A DNA stretch of 64,000 bases, from contig JBDNAY010000018.1 in the NCBI GenBank assembly GCA_039768155.1, forward strand, positions 7,902-71,901, written 5' to 3'. Source of the DNA: Lentimonas sp. GTDB lineage: Bacteria > Verrucomicrobiota > Verrucomicrobiia > Opitutales > Coraliomargaritaceae. The notes beneath the pieces are model-generated. The model did no database searches. It was not told the DNA's origin and was given only the letters and a program-made list of their open reading frames with translations. Below, one piece after another: positions 1 to 9,347 of this stretch (its first letter is position 1; every line of letters begins with the position of its first letter). A program made the position numbers and the translations under genes.

Positions 1-1740
1 AGCTTAATTTCGGAGGAGGTTCCTACGCCAGTCGTAGTTGTTGAGAGTGCCCAGCCGAAAGTTGAGACGCCGCTCCCTGGATTCGAGGGCGTCGAATCAA
101 ACGTTCAAATTGAAGAAACGGTCGCGACTGTTGTTGAACCTATTTCATTTGAAGATCGATTGAAGCAGCGGTTCATCACCCTCACGGATACCAAAGATCG
201 GCAAATTATAGTCGAAGTGGTCGATGTTACCAAAGACAGCTTAAGAGTGGTTAGAAAATCGGAATTACGTGAACTCACGATCCCAGTATCAATGCTCGCA
301 GAGAATGACCAATCCTTTGCTCAGTACCTGTATGTTCAAAAGAGTGAACGATTGGCAGCGCAGCCTAAGGCACCGACAGTATCGCGGTCTGGGGCAAAGA
401 TCGTTGTCAACTCTCTCGCCGAGTTACTCCCTTACCTGGATGACGATGATGTTGAAGTTCAACTAGCACCCGGCACTTACACGATTCGAGCGAAAGACGC
501 GGAAAGAGGTGCTTATCCAAGCTTCACTGAAATTGGTGAACGAACAATCAAGTCACTGCTGCTCTTTAAGGGCAACAAGAGCACTTATGATTTTACAGGT
601 GTTACTCTCAAGGTGGAAACCGGTGTCTTTACTGCCGCTTTAGGAGACTTTAGGGTCTATCAAATTCATGTAACAGGCAATAAAAACGTGATTAAAAATT
701 TAACGATGCTAGATGTCGGCACAGTTGATGACTTCCCGATGGGTGGCTGTGTGAACATCGTCATGGATGGTTCTCATAATCGAATCGAGGGATTTCATGT
801 CACCTCTACCGGCTCTAAACCTTACGGTTATGGCGATGCCTTTGGTAAGGGAGGAAAAAACAATGTGATTAAGCATAAGAAGCATAGCACTTTTTTAATT
901 CGAGGCCTGTATAATCATGCTAAGGACTGCACCATGATTCACAGAACCTATGGGCATTGTATGTTTATGCAGGCGGCAAGTTATCCCACGATTGAAGGCT
1001 GTCATATTGAGGGGGAAATGCGTTCGACGGATGACATGCTCGATGAAGCGGGCAGCGATTCAGCGGCTGATCGTGTCGATTTCATGACGACTTGGGGCTA
1101 CAAGTTGCCAAAAGGTTATATGATGAGCACTGGTGAAGCGGGTATTCGGGCCTACAATGCGGGGACCACCATTATTAATGATAAGGTCATAGAGAGAGGG
1201 ACCGATAATCCGACCGTGCTCAATTGCACCGTAAAGAACATGCGGACTGGGGTCACATTAGCGCACGCGACAGGTAAGAAATATGTCGAGGGTTGCACCA
1301 TCATCGGGTGCGAACAGGGCTTTGCCATTGGGAGCGGATCCGTCATTGATTGTTATGCCGATGCAGCTTACGGGCCAGTGTATAAAGGCACCTACGAGCG
1401 GGACAGGGATACTGAGGTCGAGATTACTATTCTTCCCGCAGAGACTTATTATAATGGAACGAATTGCTTGGCTTATATTAGCGGTAATAATCATAAATTC
1501 ACCTTTCACTCAAAGGACCCCAACATAAATAAAGATCTAAAGATTTTGGTCGGCGGGTATTACGATGGGCTACGTGTTCGGGAGGGCAGCAACCCGAGCC
1601 AAAACAATCACTCCGCGACGAATATAGAGATTAAGAACTCTACCGATTACCCCATCATACTCTCATCACAAAGCTCTGGTATTACTGGAAAATCAGACGG
1701 AAAAGTGACTGATGATGGATCTAATAATAAGCTTAGGTAG
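1..1740 (+). CDS. Secreted right-handed beta-helix (pectin-lyase-fold) protein with SHD1-like N-terminal module; 5' end cut by window edge
   Basis: Frame 1 is open from nt 1, and the TTG at 160 is only the ORF-caller start. Residues KQRFITLTDTKDRQIIVEVVDV...LAENDQSF resemble the bacterial SHD1 pattern. The remainder has repeated NxIxN/G-rich turns typical of parallel beta-helix enzymes. Confidence 0.7.
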   Translation, partial: SLISEEVPTPVVVVESAQPKVETPLPGFEGVESNVQIEETVATVVEPISFEDRLKQRFITLTDTKDRQIIVEVVDVTKDSLRVVRKSELRELTIPVSMLAENDQSFAQYLYVQKSERLAAQPKAPTVSRSGAKIVVNSLAELLPYLDDDDVEVQLAPGTYTIRAKDAERGAYPSFTEIGERTIKSLLLFKGNKSTYDFTGVTLKVETGVFTAALGDFRVYQIHVTGNKNVIKNLTMLDVGTVDDFPMGGCVNIVMDGSHNRIEGFHVTSTGSKPYGYGDAFGKGGKNNVIKHKKHSTFLIRGLYNHAKDCTMIHRTYGHCMFMQAASYPTIEGCHIEGEMRSTDDMLDEAGSDSAADRVDFMTTWGYKLPKGYMMSTGEAGIRAYNAGTTIINDKVIERGTDNPTVLNCTVKNMRTGVTLAHATGKKYVEGCTIIGCEQGFAIGSGSVIDCYADAAYGPVYKGTYERDRDTEVEITILPAETYYNGTNCLAYISGNNHKFTFHSKDPNINKDLKILVGGYYDGLRVREGSNPSQNNHSATNIEIKNSTDYPIILSSQSSGITGKSDGKVTDDGSNNKLR

Positions 1741-2017
1741 TTGGGGCAGGGCTCTAAAGCGATCTACGTTATTGAATTGCAAAGAGAAATAACTACGAAA
1801 ATCGCGAATGGACCCGAAACAGGGTGCATTTGACCGATGTTTTCGCTTTCTTTCGCGACCATCTCCAGAAGATCTACGTCGTAGCTAACTTTCTTCTCAG
1901 TAATTGACGATGATACAATAAAGCTTGATTCCGTCATCCATGTGATTGGTAGTCATTTATCTAATGTGTAATCTCGCATATTTATGTTTGGATACCATTA
2001 AAATTTACCATTTCTGA

Positions 2018-2581
2018 TCCCCCGTCCTGACAGCTGGGCTCAGCTTTTCTGGCACTGGTAACACGCTGACTGGTTCTGGCAGCATCAACACTGCGGTGAC
2101 CATCACAGATGGCATTATCCTGTCGGTCGGTAACAGCCCCGGCACGATGAACTTCGCAAGTGGTCTGACATTGGATGCAGGCAGTCTTACGATTGCTGGA
2201 ATCGACGGCACATCAGGTGCGGGTTTCGCTGGCGGACATGATTTTCACAATGTAACGGGTGCCCTCAATTACGGCGGTGATCTTAGCCTCGTCTTTGGCA
2301 CAGGTACTCTTGATGAGGGCACTAACTCTTGGGATCTGTTCGAATCTGACTCCGAGAGCAGAACCTTAACCTCAATTGCCTTATTTGGTGACTTTACTGG
2401 CAGCCTACTGGATGGTGATACCAATGTATTTTGGGATTTCGTATCGGGAGATAATAGTTGGGGGTTTGATGAAGCAACGGGCACTCTTGGGTTGACCGTC
2501 GTCCCAGAGCCATCTGCCTACGCTTTACTGGCAGGTCTCTTGGGATTAGCCTCTGTGGTGCTTCATCGTCGTAGAGCTTAA
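2018..2581 (+). pseudogene. C-terminal fragment of a PEP-CTERM-anchored beta-strand-repeat protein (no ATG, no signal peptide)
   Basis: The product ends VPEPSAYALLAGLLGLASVVLHRRRA, i.e. PEP motif, TM helix and basic tail. The frame is open only back to the TGA at 2015, contains no ATG, and its first GTG is at 2096. The N-terminus starts mid-repeat (LSFSGTGNTLTGSG). Confidence 0.5.
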
Positions 2582-2607
2582 TTCGCCTAATATACAATTT
2601 GCAAAAT

Positions 2608-2639
2608 GCCTTCGGATCATTGATCCGAGGGCTTTTTTG
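2608..2639 (+). terminator. Rho-independent terminator
   Basis: Stem TCGGATC / GATCCGA with loop ATT, extended by flanking CC/GG, followed by CTTTTTTG. Confidence 0.7.
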
Positions 2640-2661
2640 TGGAGTGATGGCTGGAAAGGGA

Positions 2662-2693
2662 GAACGAACGTCAAACGCTCAAGGTCGAACATC
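2662..2693 (+). repeat. 7-nt periodic GAAC-type array
   Basis: GAACGTC AAACGCT CAAGGTC GAACATC, with the GAAC-like word at 2666, 2673, 2680 and 2687. Confidence 0.45.
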
Positions 2694-2828
2694 TAATGAT
2701 TTTAAATTCAGGGGATCAAAAGGTGATGCCTTGGTTTGAAAAGATGACTTGGCTTGAAGTTCCTGTTTGGTGATTACTATCTACTCCAGTCTCTCCATAT
2801 ACCTCTTTTTTGATCCCCCATATTTACC

Positions 2829-4376
2829 GTGAAAAAAATCCAACTGTTCGCTCTTCTTCTGTGTGCCGCTCTCGGCATCATTCTGGTGTCACTTCTGAGG
2901 CAGAAGAAAGCTCCCGTTGTCATGCCTGAGGAGCCTTCGCCTCCAGTCACAGTCGTTGAGGATATTGTGCCTCCTGCGACTCCAGTGGAAGTCGCGGATC
3001 CCGTCGTGTCCGTTGAGCGACCTAAAGAACCGGTTGTGCTAGTGGAAACAATTGTGCCAGTGGTTCCTAGTATTCCCTTTGAGTACCGAGCGAAGCAGCG
3101 GTTCATTACACTGACAGACACGTCAGACAGGCAAATCGTCGTCGAAGTCGTCGACGTTAACGAAGACAGCTTGAGGGTGGTTAGGAAGTCGGAATTACGT
3201 GAGATCACGCTACCTATAAACTTACTCACTGAACACGACCAATCTTTTGCCAAATACCTTTACGAGCAAAAGAGCCAGGAAGCTGCCACGCAGAGAGCGG
3301 CCACCTCGCGTTTTACGGACAGGAGTGCCACGCAGGGGTTCATTCATCCAGGTATTTTGCATACGGAGGCAGACCTTCTCCGCATGAAGCAGCAGGTTGC
3401 CGCAGGGAATCAACCTTGGGCGTCAGGCTTCGAAGTTTTGAGGGATCACTCGCAGTCGGCGAGCAACTACGAGGTTCAAGGCGGATTTGAGGAGACTGGT
3501 CGCAAGCCGAGCGTGCGCTCGTCCGAGCACGAGAGCGATGCGAATGCGGCCTATCAGAACGCCATGATGTGGGCCATCACCGGTGAGCAAGCGCATGCAG
3601 ATAAAGCGATTGAAATCATTGATGCGTGGTCTGTGGATTTGGAAAAGATCACAGGGAAAGATGCGATTCTCTCTGCCGGGATTTCAGGAGTGAAATTCAT
3701 TGCAGCGGCAGAGGTGCTCCGGCATACGGACTCAGGTTGGTCACAGAGCGATGTGCTTCGAGCCGAGAAAATGTTTACAAACGTCTATTATCCTGTCTGC
3801 GAAGACATGGCTGATTTTGCCAATGGCAACTGGGCGCTCGCGGCGTTGCAGACAGTGATGGCCATCGCGGTGTTTACCGACGACCAGAGGATGTTTGACC
3901 GAGCGGTTAAGTGGTTCCATCGCGGTAAAGATAATGCGCGCCTCACTCACTATGTGATTAATAAAGACGGGCAATGCCAGGAGAGCGGGCGCGATCAGCA
4001 GCACACGATGCTTGGCCTTGGCTACCTTTCTGTAGTCGCTGAAATTGGCTGGAATCAAGGGCACGATCTCTATGGTGCGAAAGATAATCGTATCCTTGCG
4101 GGGTTTGAATATACCGCATCCTATAATTTGGGAAATGAGGTCTCCTTTGAGGAAACCACCGACACCACTGGTAAATATCATCATGAAGAAATTTCGGAAG
4201 AAGGGCGCGGTGATTTCAGCCGACGACCCATCTTCGAGATGGTGTATTATCATTACAAGGGGCGGATGGGGATCGAGTGTCCCTTTACCGAGCAGGTAGT
4301 GAATCAAATGCGCCCGGAAGGTCCCGGATTCAAAGGCGATCACTTCGGGTTCGGTACTGTTCTTTTTGCCCGATAG
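2829..4376 (+). CDS. Alginate-lyase-superfamily polysaccharide lyase with signal anchor, P/V/E linker and SHD1-like module
   Basis: GTG start followed by a hydrophobic anchor (LFALLLCAALGIILVSLL). The SHD1-like module is about 76% identical to the one in the first gene. The catalytic part begins HPGILHTEADLLRMKQQVAAGNQPW, typical of the alginate lyase (PF05426-like) domain as I recall it. Confidence 0.7.
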   Translation: MKKIQLFALLLCAALGIILVSLLRQKKAPVVMPEEPSPPVTVVEDIVPPATPVEVADPVVSVERPKEPVVLVETIVPVVPSIPFEYRAKQRFITLTDTSDRQIVVEVVDVNEDSLRVVRKSELREITLPINLLTEHDQSFAKYLYEQKSQEAATQRAATSRFTDRSATQGFIHPGILHTEADLLRMKQQVAAGNQPWASGFEVLRDHSQSASNYEVQGGFEETGRKPSVRSSEHESDANAAYQNAMMWAITGEQAHADKAIEIIDAWSVDLEKITGKDAILSAGISGVKFIAAAEVLRHTDSGWSQSDVLRAEKMFTNVYYPVCEDMADFANGNWALAALQTVMAIAVFTDDQRMFDRAVKWFHRGKDNARLTHYVINKDGQCQESGRDQQHTMLGLGYLSVVAEIGWNQGHDLYGAKDNRILAGFEYTASYNLGNEVSFEETTDTTGKYHHEEISEEGRGDFSRRPIFEMVYYHYKGRMGIECPFTEQVVNQMRPEGPGFKGDHFGFGTVLFAR

Positions 4377-4616
4377 GCATTCTGATTGATCCGCCGAAAG
4401 AGGTGTGATGGATTTATCAGGGTAAGGAACTGATGAAGGCAGAAAGCTTGTGTGCTGATGATTCTTTTTTCTGTGTTTCTGCTTTCCTTAATTAATCCTA
4501 GAAGTGCGTGAGAGGGCTTAAAAGGTCTCAAGCTATTATAATCCCCCTATTGTATTGATCGGTGGCGTAAAGAACGAGCTGCGCTGGTTGTTTATATAGT
4601 TAACGTGTTTACCTCT

Positions 4617-7565
4617 ATGAAATTTTTGTTCTTCCCCATTTTATTGCTCACAGCCTTATGTGTTCGGGCAGATGTACTGTTAAGTACGGATTTCTCGGGA
4701 CGTACGGTTTCGGGCTCTACTGCCAGCAATATCTCTTGGGTAGTGAATGGATTCCAGGATCCTGGTGCTTTGACCGTGGTGAATGAGACTCCTGGGGCGG
4801 TTGCTGGTTTGTTTACTTCATCTGCTGCGGATGGACACTTCGCAGTTGATAAGAATCTCCATACTGAGGGGCCGTGGAGCGTCTCGATTCCTCTAGAGCT
4901 CACTGTTGGCAGCGTCTCGCTCGACTCTATCGAGCTCGACTGGCAGCACTTTAGCGATACTGGAGCCGCTCAAGGGGTGAATCGTATTGCGCAGTGGACG
5001 GCTACAGTCACAGGTAGTGCTTCAGGGCAGATCGCTTCGGTGACGCAGGCTGGAGCGAATGCACGTTCCGGCGTATTGATGCTGAACTTTAGTAGTCCTG
5101 TTGATATGACGAACACGGAGACGTGGACGCTTAGACTCTATGTCGAGAAAGGGTCGAATTCAGGTAATAATACTGGATTGGATGCGGTCACTCTCAACAG
5201 CAGCTTGCCATTGCCTGGCGCCGATACCGATGAGGACGGATTATCAAATGAGGATGAGCTCACTGTTTACGACACCGACCCCTTTGAGCGGGATTCGGAT
5301 GCGGACGGCACTCCGGATGCGATGGAGATCGTCGAAGGCTTGGACCCGAATAATCCAGCTGAATCGCTGGACCGCCCGAATATCGTTTTCTTCTTTGTCG
5401 ATGACCTCGGATATGGTGACCTCGGTTGCTTTTGGCAGGATCAAAAAACAGGGACTGAAAAGTTTGATACGCCCCATGTCGATTCGATGGCGGCGGCGGG
5501 TGCAAAGTTAACTCATCACTACGTGTCCGCGCCTGTCTGTGCGCCGGCTCGAGCGTCGTTGATACAAGGTCGTCATCAGGGGCATTCCGGTGTTCGCAAT
5601 AATTCATTTGATTCGGCTTTGCCAGACAACCACACGATCGCAGATATGCTTCAACGCGCAGGCTATCGGACGATTCATGTCGGTAAAAGTGGTCTTGCTG
5701 GTGGAGAGGGCAGCACAACTCTGACCGGGCAAGGCTCACAAAACCTAGGCGCGCATCCTCTCGATCGTGGATTTGATGAATTCTTTGGCTACCTCTTTCA
5801 TGGCGACGGCCATGAGCATTATCCCCGCAATGGTAACAGTGATAAAACCGCTCACATCTATCACGGGTATCAACAAATCACGGATGCCTCCGTCGATCTT
5901 TACACAACCGATGCTTGGACAGCCTATGCTAAAAACGCGATTATCGAGGAGGTGCAGGATGGGGACAACCAGCCCTTTTTCATTTATATCGCTTACGACA
6001 CACCGCATTTCAAAATGCAACGCCCCGCAGTGGCATATCCAGCGGGCGGCGGCTTGACTGGAGGCATTCAATGGACGACCGCTACTGATGATACGGGGAA
6101 AGTTCCTTACGCTTCTACGGCCGACAGCACTGGGACAGTTGACGCTTATAATCACCCCGGCAATGACCCGAGTTGGGAAACCTCTGCCCAGCAACATGTT
6201 GGGATGATTCGCCGCATCGATAACTCCGTTGGCGACATTCAACAGCTACTCGTCGATTTGGGTATTGATGACAATACCATCGTCATCTTCTCATCGGACA
6301 ACGGTCCACATAACGAAGGTAATAACCCACGAACCTTCGAGTCTTATGCCAATTTGGAAGGCACGAAGCGTGACCTGATCGAGGGAGGCATACGTGTGCC
6401 CACAGTCGTGCAGTGGAAGGGGATGATTTCCAGTGCGACAAACAATGAGAGTGCAATTCACGAAATCGACTATCCGAGTGCGATTTGGGATTGGATGCCG
6501 ACTTTTGCCGAGCTTGCGGGTATCGCGGCTCCGGCTTGGTGTGATGGGGTCTCCTTGGTCCCGACGATTTTTGAACAAGGCGTGCAGCGTGATAAAGGCT
6601 ATCTCTATTTCGAGTATTTCCATAATAGCAATACGCCAAATTGGACGCAATTTCCAAATCACCGAGGGGACACCAGAGGGCAGATGCAATGTGTCCGCAT
6701 TGGTGACTTTATGGGCATCCGTCGCGATATCGCCAGTGAAACGGATAACTTCGAAATTTTCAACGTGGTTACTGACCCAGGACAGGGCACCAATCTTGCC
6801 GTGTCTTTGACGGATTTACAGACTGAGATGAAGCAGATTGCACTGAGTAGTCGTCGCTCTAAAGGAGGTTCCGCTCGCCCTTACGATGATGGTTCTATCG
6901 GAGATGTGGTTCGAGGCTTGGAGGCCGGGCTTGATTATTTCAGCTACGAAGGGTTTTGGTCTTATGTTCCCGAGTTTCGAGATTTGAATCCGGTTGCTGC
7001 AGGTCACGCCACCGACATTGATCTGTCGCTGCGCTCTCGAGACGACTACGTTGGCATGTTGTTTACGGGCTACATCGAAGTCCCCACAGCGGGCAGCTAT
7101 ACCTTCTACCTGCAGTCCGATAACGGTTCGAACCTCTTCATTCATGATGCGCATGTGATCGACGATGACTTTAATCACACAGGTCTTGAGAAGTCGGGAA
7201 GCATTGAGCTGGCCGCAGGACTGCATCCATTTCGAGTCTATTACCGCCATGGCACAAAATCATCGCATGTCCTGGATTTAAATTGGTCTGGTCCAAATGT
7301 GAGGAAGCAGGCGATCCCCACTGCGAACCTCTATCGCATTCCCGACATTCGCGCTTCGTTTAATATCGATGGAGGTATGATTGAGTTTGATTGGAATAGT
7401 GTGACTGGCGCGAGGTATCGGATTCGCGAAAGCAGTGATTTGACCGTGCCAGTTCGTGAATGGCCGATTTTGGAAACAGGCATTGCGCCGACGCCACCGA
7501 AGAACACGACCGCAGTCCCGATGCCAAATGTCGATCAGCGCTTCTACATTATCGAGGAAGACTAA
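4617..7565 (+). CDS. Multidomain sulfatase (N-terminal CBM-like domain, TSP3-type Ca-binding repeats, sulfatase domain, PA14 domain, C-terminal domain)
   Basis: Signal peptide MKFLFFPILLLTALCVRA. D-rich repeats DTDEDGLSNEDE...DSDADGTPD. Sulfatase signature PNIVFFFVDDLGYGDLG and the formylglycine motif CAPARASLIQGR. The PA14-like stretch is FTGYIEVPTAGSYTFYLQSDNGSNLFI. Confidence 0.85.
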   Translation: MKFLFFPILLLTALCVRADVLLSTDFSGRTVSGSTASNISWVVNGFQDPGALTVVNETPGAVAGLFTSSAADGHFAVDKNLHTEGPWSVSIPLELTVGSVSLDSIELDWQHFSDTGAAQGVNRIAQWTATVTGSASGQIASVTQAGANARSGVLMLNFSSPVDMTNTETWTLRLYVEKGSNSGNNTGLDAVTLNSSLPLPGADTDEDGLSNEDELTVYDTDPFERDSDADGTPDAMEIVEGLDPNNPAESLDRPNIVFFFVDDLGYGDLGCFWQDQKTGTEKFDTPHVDSMAAAGAKLTHHYVSAPVCAPARASLIQGRHQGHSGVRNNSFDSALPDNHTIADMLQRAGYRTIHVGKSGLAGGEGSTTLTGQGSQNLGAHPLDRGFDEFFGYLFHGDGHEHYPRNGNSDKTAHIYHGYQQITDASVDLYTTDAWTAYAKNAIIEEVQDGDNQPFFIYIAYDTPHFKMQRPAVAYPAGGGLTGGIQWTTATDDTGKVPYASTADSTGTVDAYNHPGNDPSWETSAQQHVGMIRRIDNSVGDIQQLLVDLGIDDNTIVIFSSDNGPHNEGNNPRTFESYANLEGTKRDLIEGGIRVPTVVQWKGMISSATNNESAIHEIDYPSAIWDWMPTFAELAGIAAPAWCDGVSLVPTIFEQGVQRDKGYLYFEYFHNSNTPNWTQFPNHRGDTRGQMQCVRIGDFMGIRRDIASETDNFEIFNVVTDPGQGTNLAVSLTDLQTEMKQIALSSRRSKGGSARPYDDGSIGDVVRGLEAGLDYFSYEGFWSYVPEFRDLNPVAAGHATDIDLSLRSRDDYVGMLFTGYIEVPTAGSYTFYLQSDNGSNLFIHDAHVIDDDFNHTGLEKSGSIELAAGLHPFRVYYRHGTKSSHVLDLNWSGPNVRKQAIPTANLYRIPDIRASFNIDGGMIEFDWNSVTGARYRIRESSDLTVPVREWPILETGIAPTPPKNTTAVPMPNVDQRFYIIEED

Positions 7566-7630
7566 GTCTGAGTACTCCCTCGTCTAAAGCTTAGGCTAAA
7601 AAGGGTAAACACAGTTGGCGTTAACTTAAG

Positions 7631-8300
7631 GTGTGTAACCTTAGTGCCTGTCTTTTACTTCCTTGCTCAATCTTTGCGCAAGCGGGTAATATGGAGGTTG
7701 AGCCAAGTGCCGAAGGGGCGCAGTCAATTTCGCTCATTAAAGAGGATACGCTAGAGGGGTGGAAGGTGCCTTCAGAGTGCTGGTCTATTCAGGCCGGTGT
7801 CATTACTGGCGATACTGGGTCGAAATCTATCGATGCACCAGAATGGCTGTATAAGGAAGCGCGCTTTACTGACTTCGTTTTTTCCTGTGAGGTGCGTCTG
7901 ACTGGTGAACATAAGCCAAACTCCGGGCTCTATTTTCGAGTGAATCCATTTCAGTTTAAGTGGCGTAATAAGGCACCTTACGAAGCTGCGTCGGGCTATG
8001 AGTTTGATATCGCACCAGGTAAGAGTAACGGCTCGCTGGGGGACTGGTATGCGCGCCCCAAGTTGCGTATTTATGCAGAGCGAGAAATTGTTGATCGTGT
8101 CTTTAAGGAAAACGATTGGAACCGTATGACGATCCGTGCGCATGGTAATCGTATTGTGTATTGGCAACGGTGTGAAGATTATCGATTATGTCGATGACTA
8201 TCCCAAAGGTTATCTCGAAGGCATCATTGGTTTGCAGATCCATGATAATGCCGTGATGAAAGTGGAGCTTCGCAATGCGCAGATTCTGCCAGAAACTTAA
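7631..8300 (+). pseudogene. DUF1080 (3-keto-disaccharide hydrolase-like) gene with a frameshift near 8165
   Basis: Frame 2 reads ...HGNRIVYW and then runs out of family into a stop at 8197. Frame 3 from 8166 reads NGVKIIDYVDDYPKGYLEGIIGLQIHDNAVMKVELRNAQILPET*, the expected DUF1080 C-terminus. Confidence 0.7.
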
Positions 8301-8325
8301 GTAGGTCCTACGCATACTTAATGCT

Positions 8326-9099
8326 CTATTGTTCCGCGCGTAGAAATACCAGTTTGTTGCCTTCTGATGCTTCGGTGTCGAATCGATAGCCACTGCCATT
8401 AAATGCCTGAAGGCCTTCGATTGATCGCACTTGGTTGCGCACGATGAAGTTGGCCATCATGCCGCGTGCCTTTTTCGCGTAGAATGAAATAATTTTATAG
8501 GTACCGTTCTTCTCGTCCTTAAAGACGGGAGTGATTAGCTGTCCGTTGAGCTCCTTGGGCTTTATTGATGAGAAGTATTCATTTGAAGCGAGATTGACAA
8601 CGAGGTCCGAGCCAGATGCCTGGAGGTCTTTATTGAGAAGCTTAGTGATGATGGAACTCCAAAATTGGTAGAGGTTGCTGCCGCGTGCATTTTGAAACTT
8701 GGTGCCCATTTCTAGGCGGTACGGCTGCATACGGTCAAGCGGTCGAAGCACGCCGTAGAGGCCTGACAGGATACGAATCTGTTTCTGTGCGGCGGCTAAA
8801 TCGTCGACCGACCATTCGGCAAGGTCCATGCCTTGATAGACGTCGCCAGTGAATGCCAAGATCGCTTGACGGCTATTTGCTGCAGTGAAGGTTGGCTGGT
8901 AGTTTTGAAAGCGCGCGTGGTTGAGCTCCGCGAGTTTGGGGCTGATGCTCATGAGCGCGCCGACTGCTTTGGGGCTGAGCGCTTTAAGTTCGCTGATTAA
9001 CTCCGCAGAATGCGCGGCCAAACGTGGCTGTGACGCTTTCTTGGTGAGTAGCGGGGCTTCGTAGTCGAGAGATTTTGCAGGTGATAGAAGAATCAACAT
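8326..9099 (-). CDS. yaaA: Peroxide stress protein YaaA (UPF0246/DUF328)
   Basis: The internal Met gives MLILLSPAKSLDYEAP, the canonical YaaA N-terminus. The extra 15 codons in the ORF track are probably not translated. Confidence 0.85.
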   Translation of the reverse strand: MLILLSPAKSLDYEAPLLTKKASQPRLAAHSAELISELKALSPKAVGALMSISPKLAELNHARFQNYQPTFTAANSRQAILAFTGDVYQGMDLAEWSVDDLAAAQKQIRILSGLYGVLRPLDRMQPYRLEMGTKFQNARGSNLYQFWSSIITKLLNKDLQASGSDLVVNLASNEYFSSIKPKELNGQLITPVFKDEKNGTYKIISFYAKKARGMMANFIVRNQVRSIEGLQAFNGSGYRFDTEASEGNKLVFLRAEQ

Positions 9100-9347
9100 C
9101 TCATCAAACAAGCGTGAACCGTTTCGAGTGCAAGCGGGAATCAATGAATTGTGGAGGGGTGGGGAGAAGGGGGAAGGAGCCTTGTGTCATATCCATTCTA
9201 ACGCCACCCCTTTTTGATCTCAGTTCTATGGCTATAATGGGTATCGAATTCAGATGTATCTTACGTAATTCAGAGATATTTAATTGCGAACAGGACAAGT
9301 TAGCGACAGATTCAAATCTCGATCATTGCTGTAACAAAATACCATTT

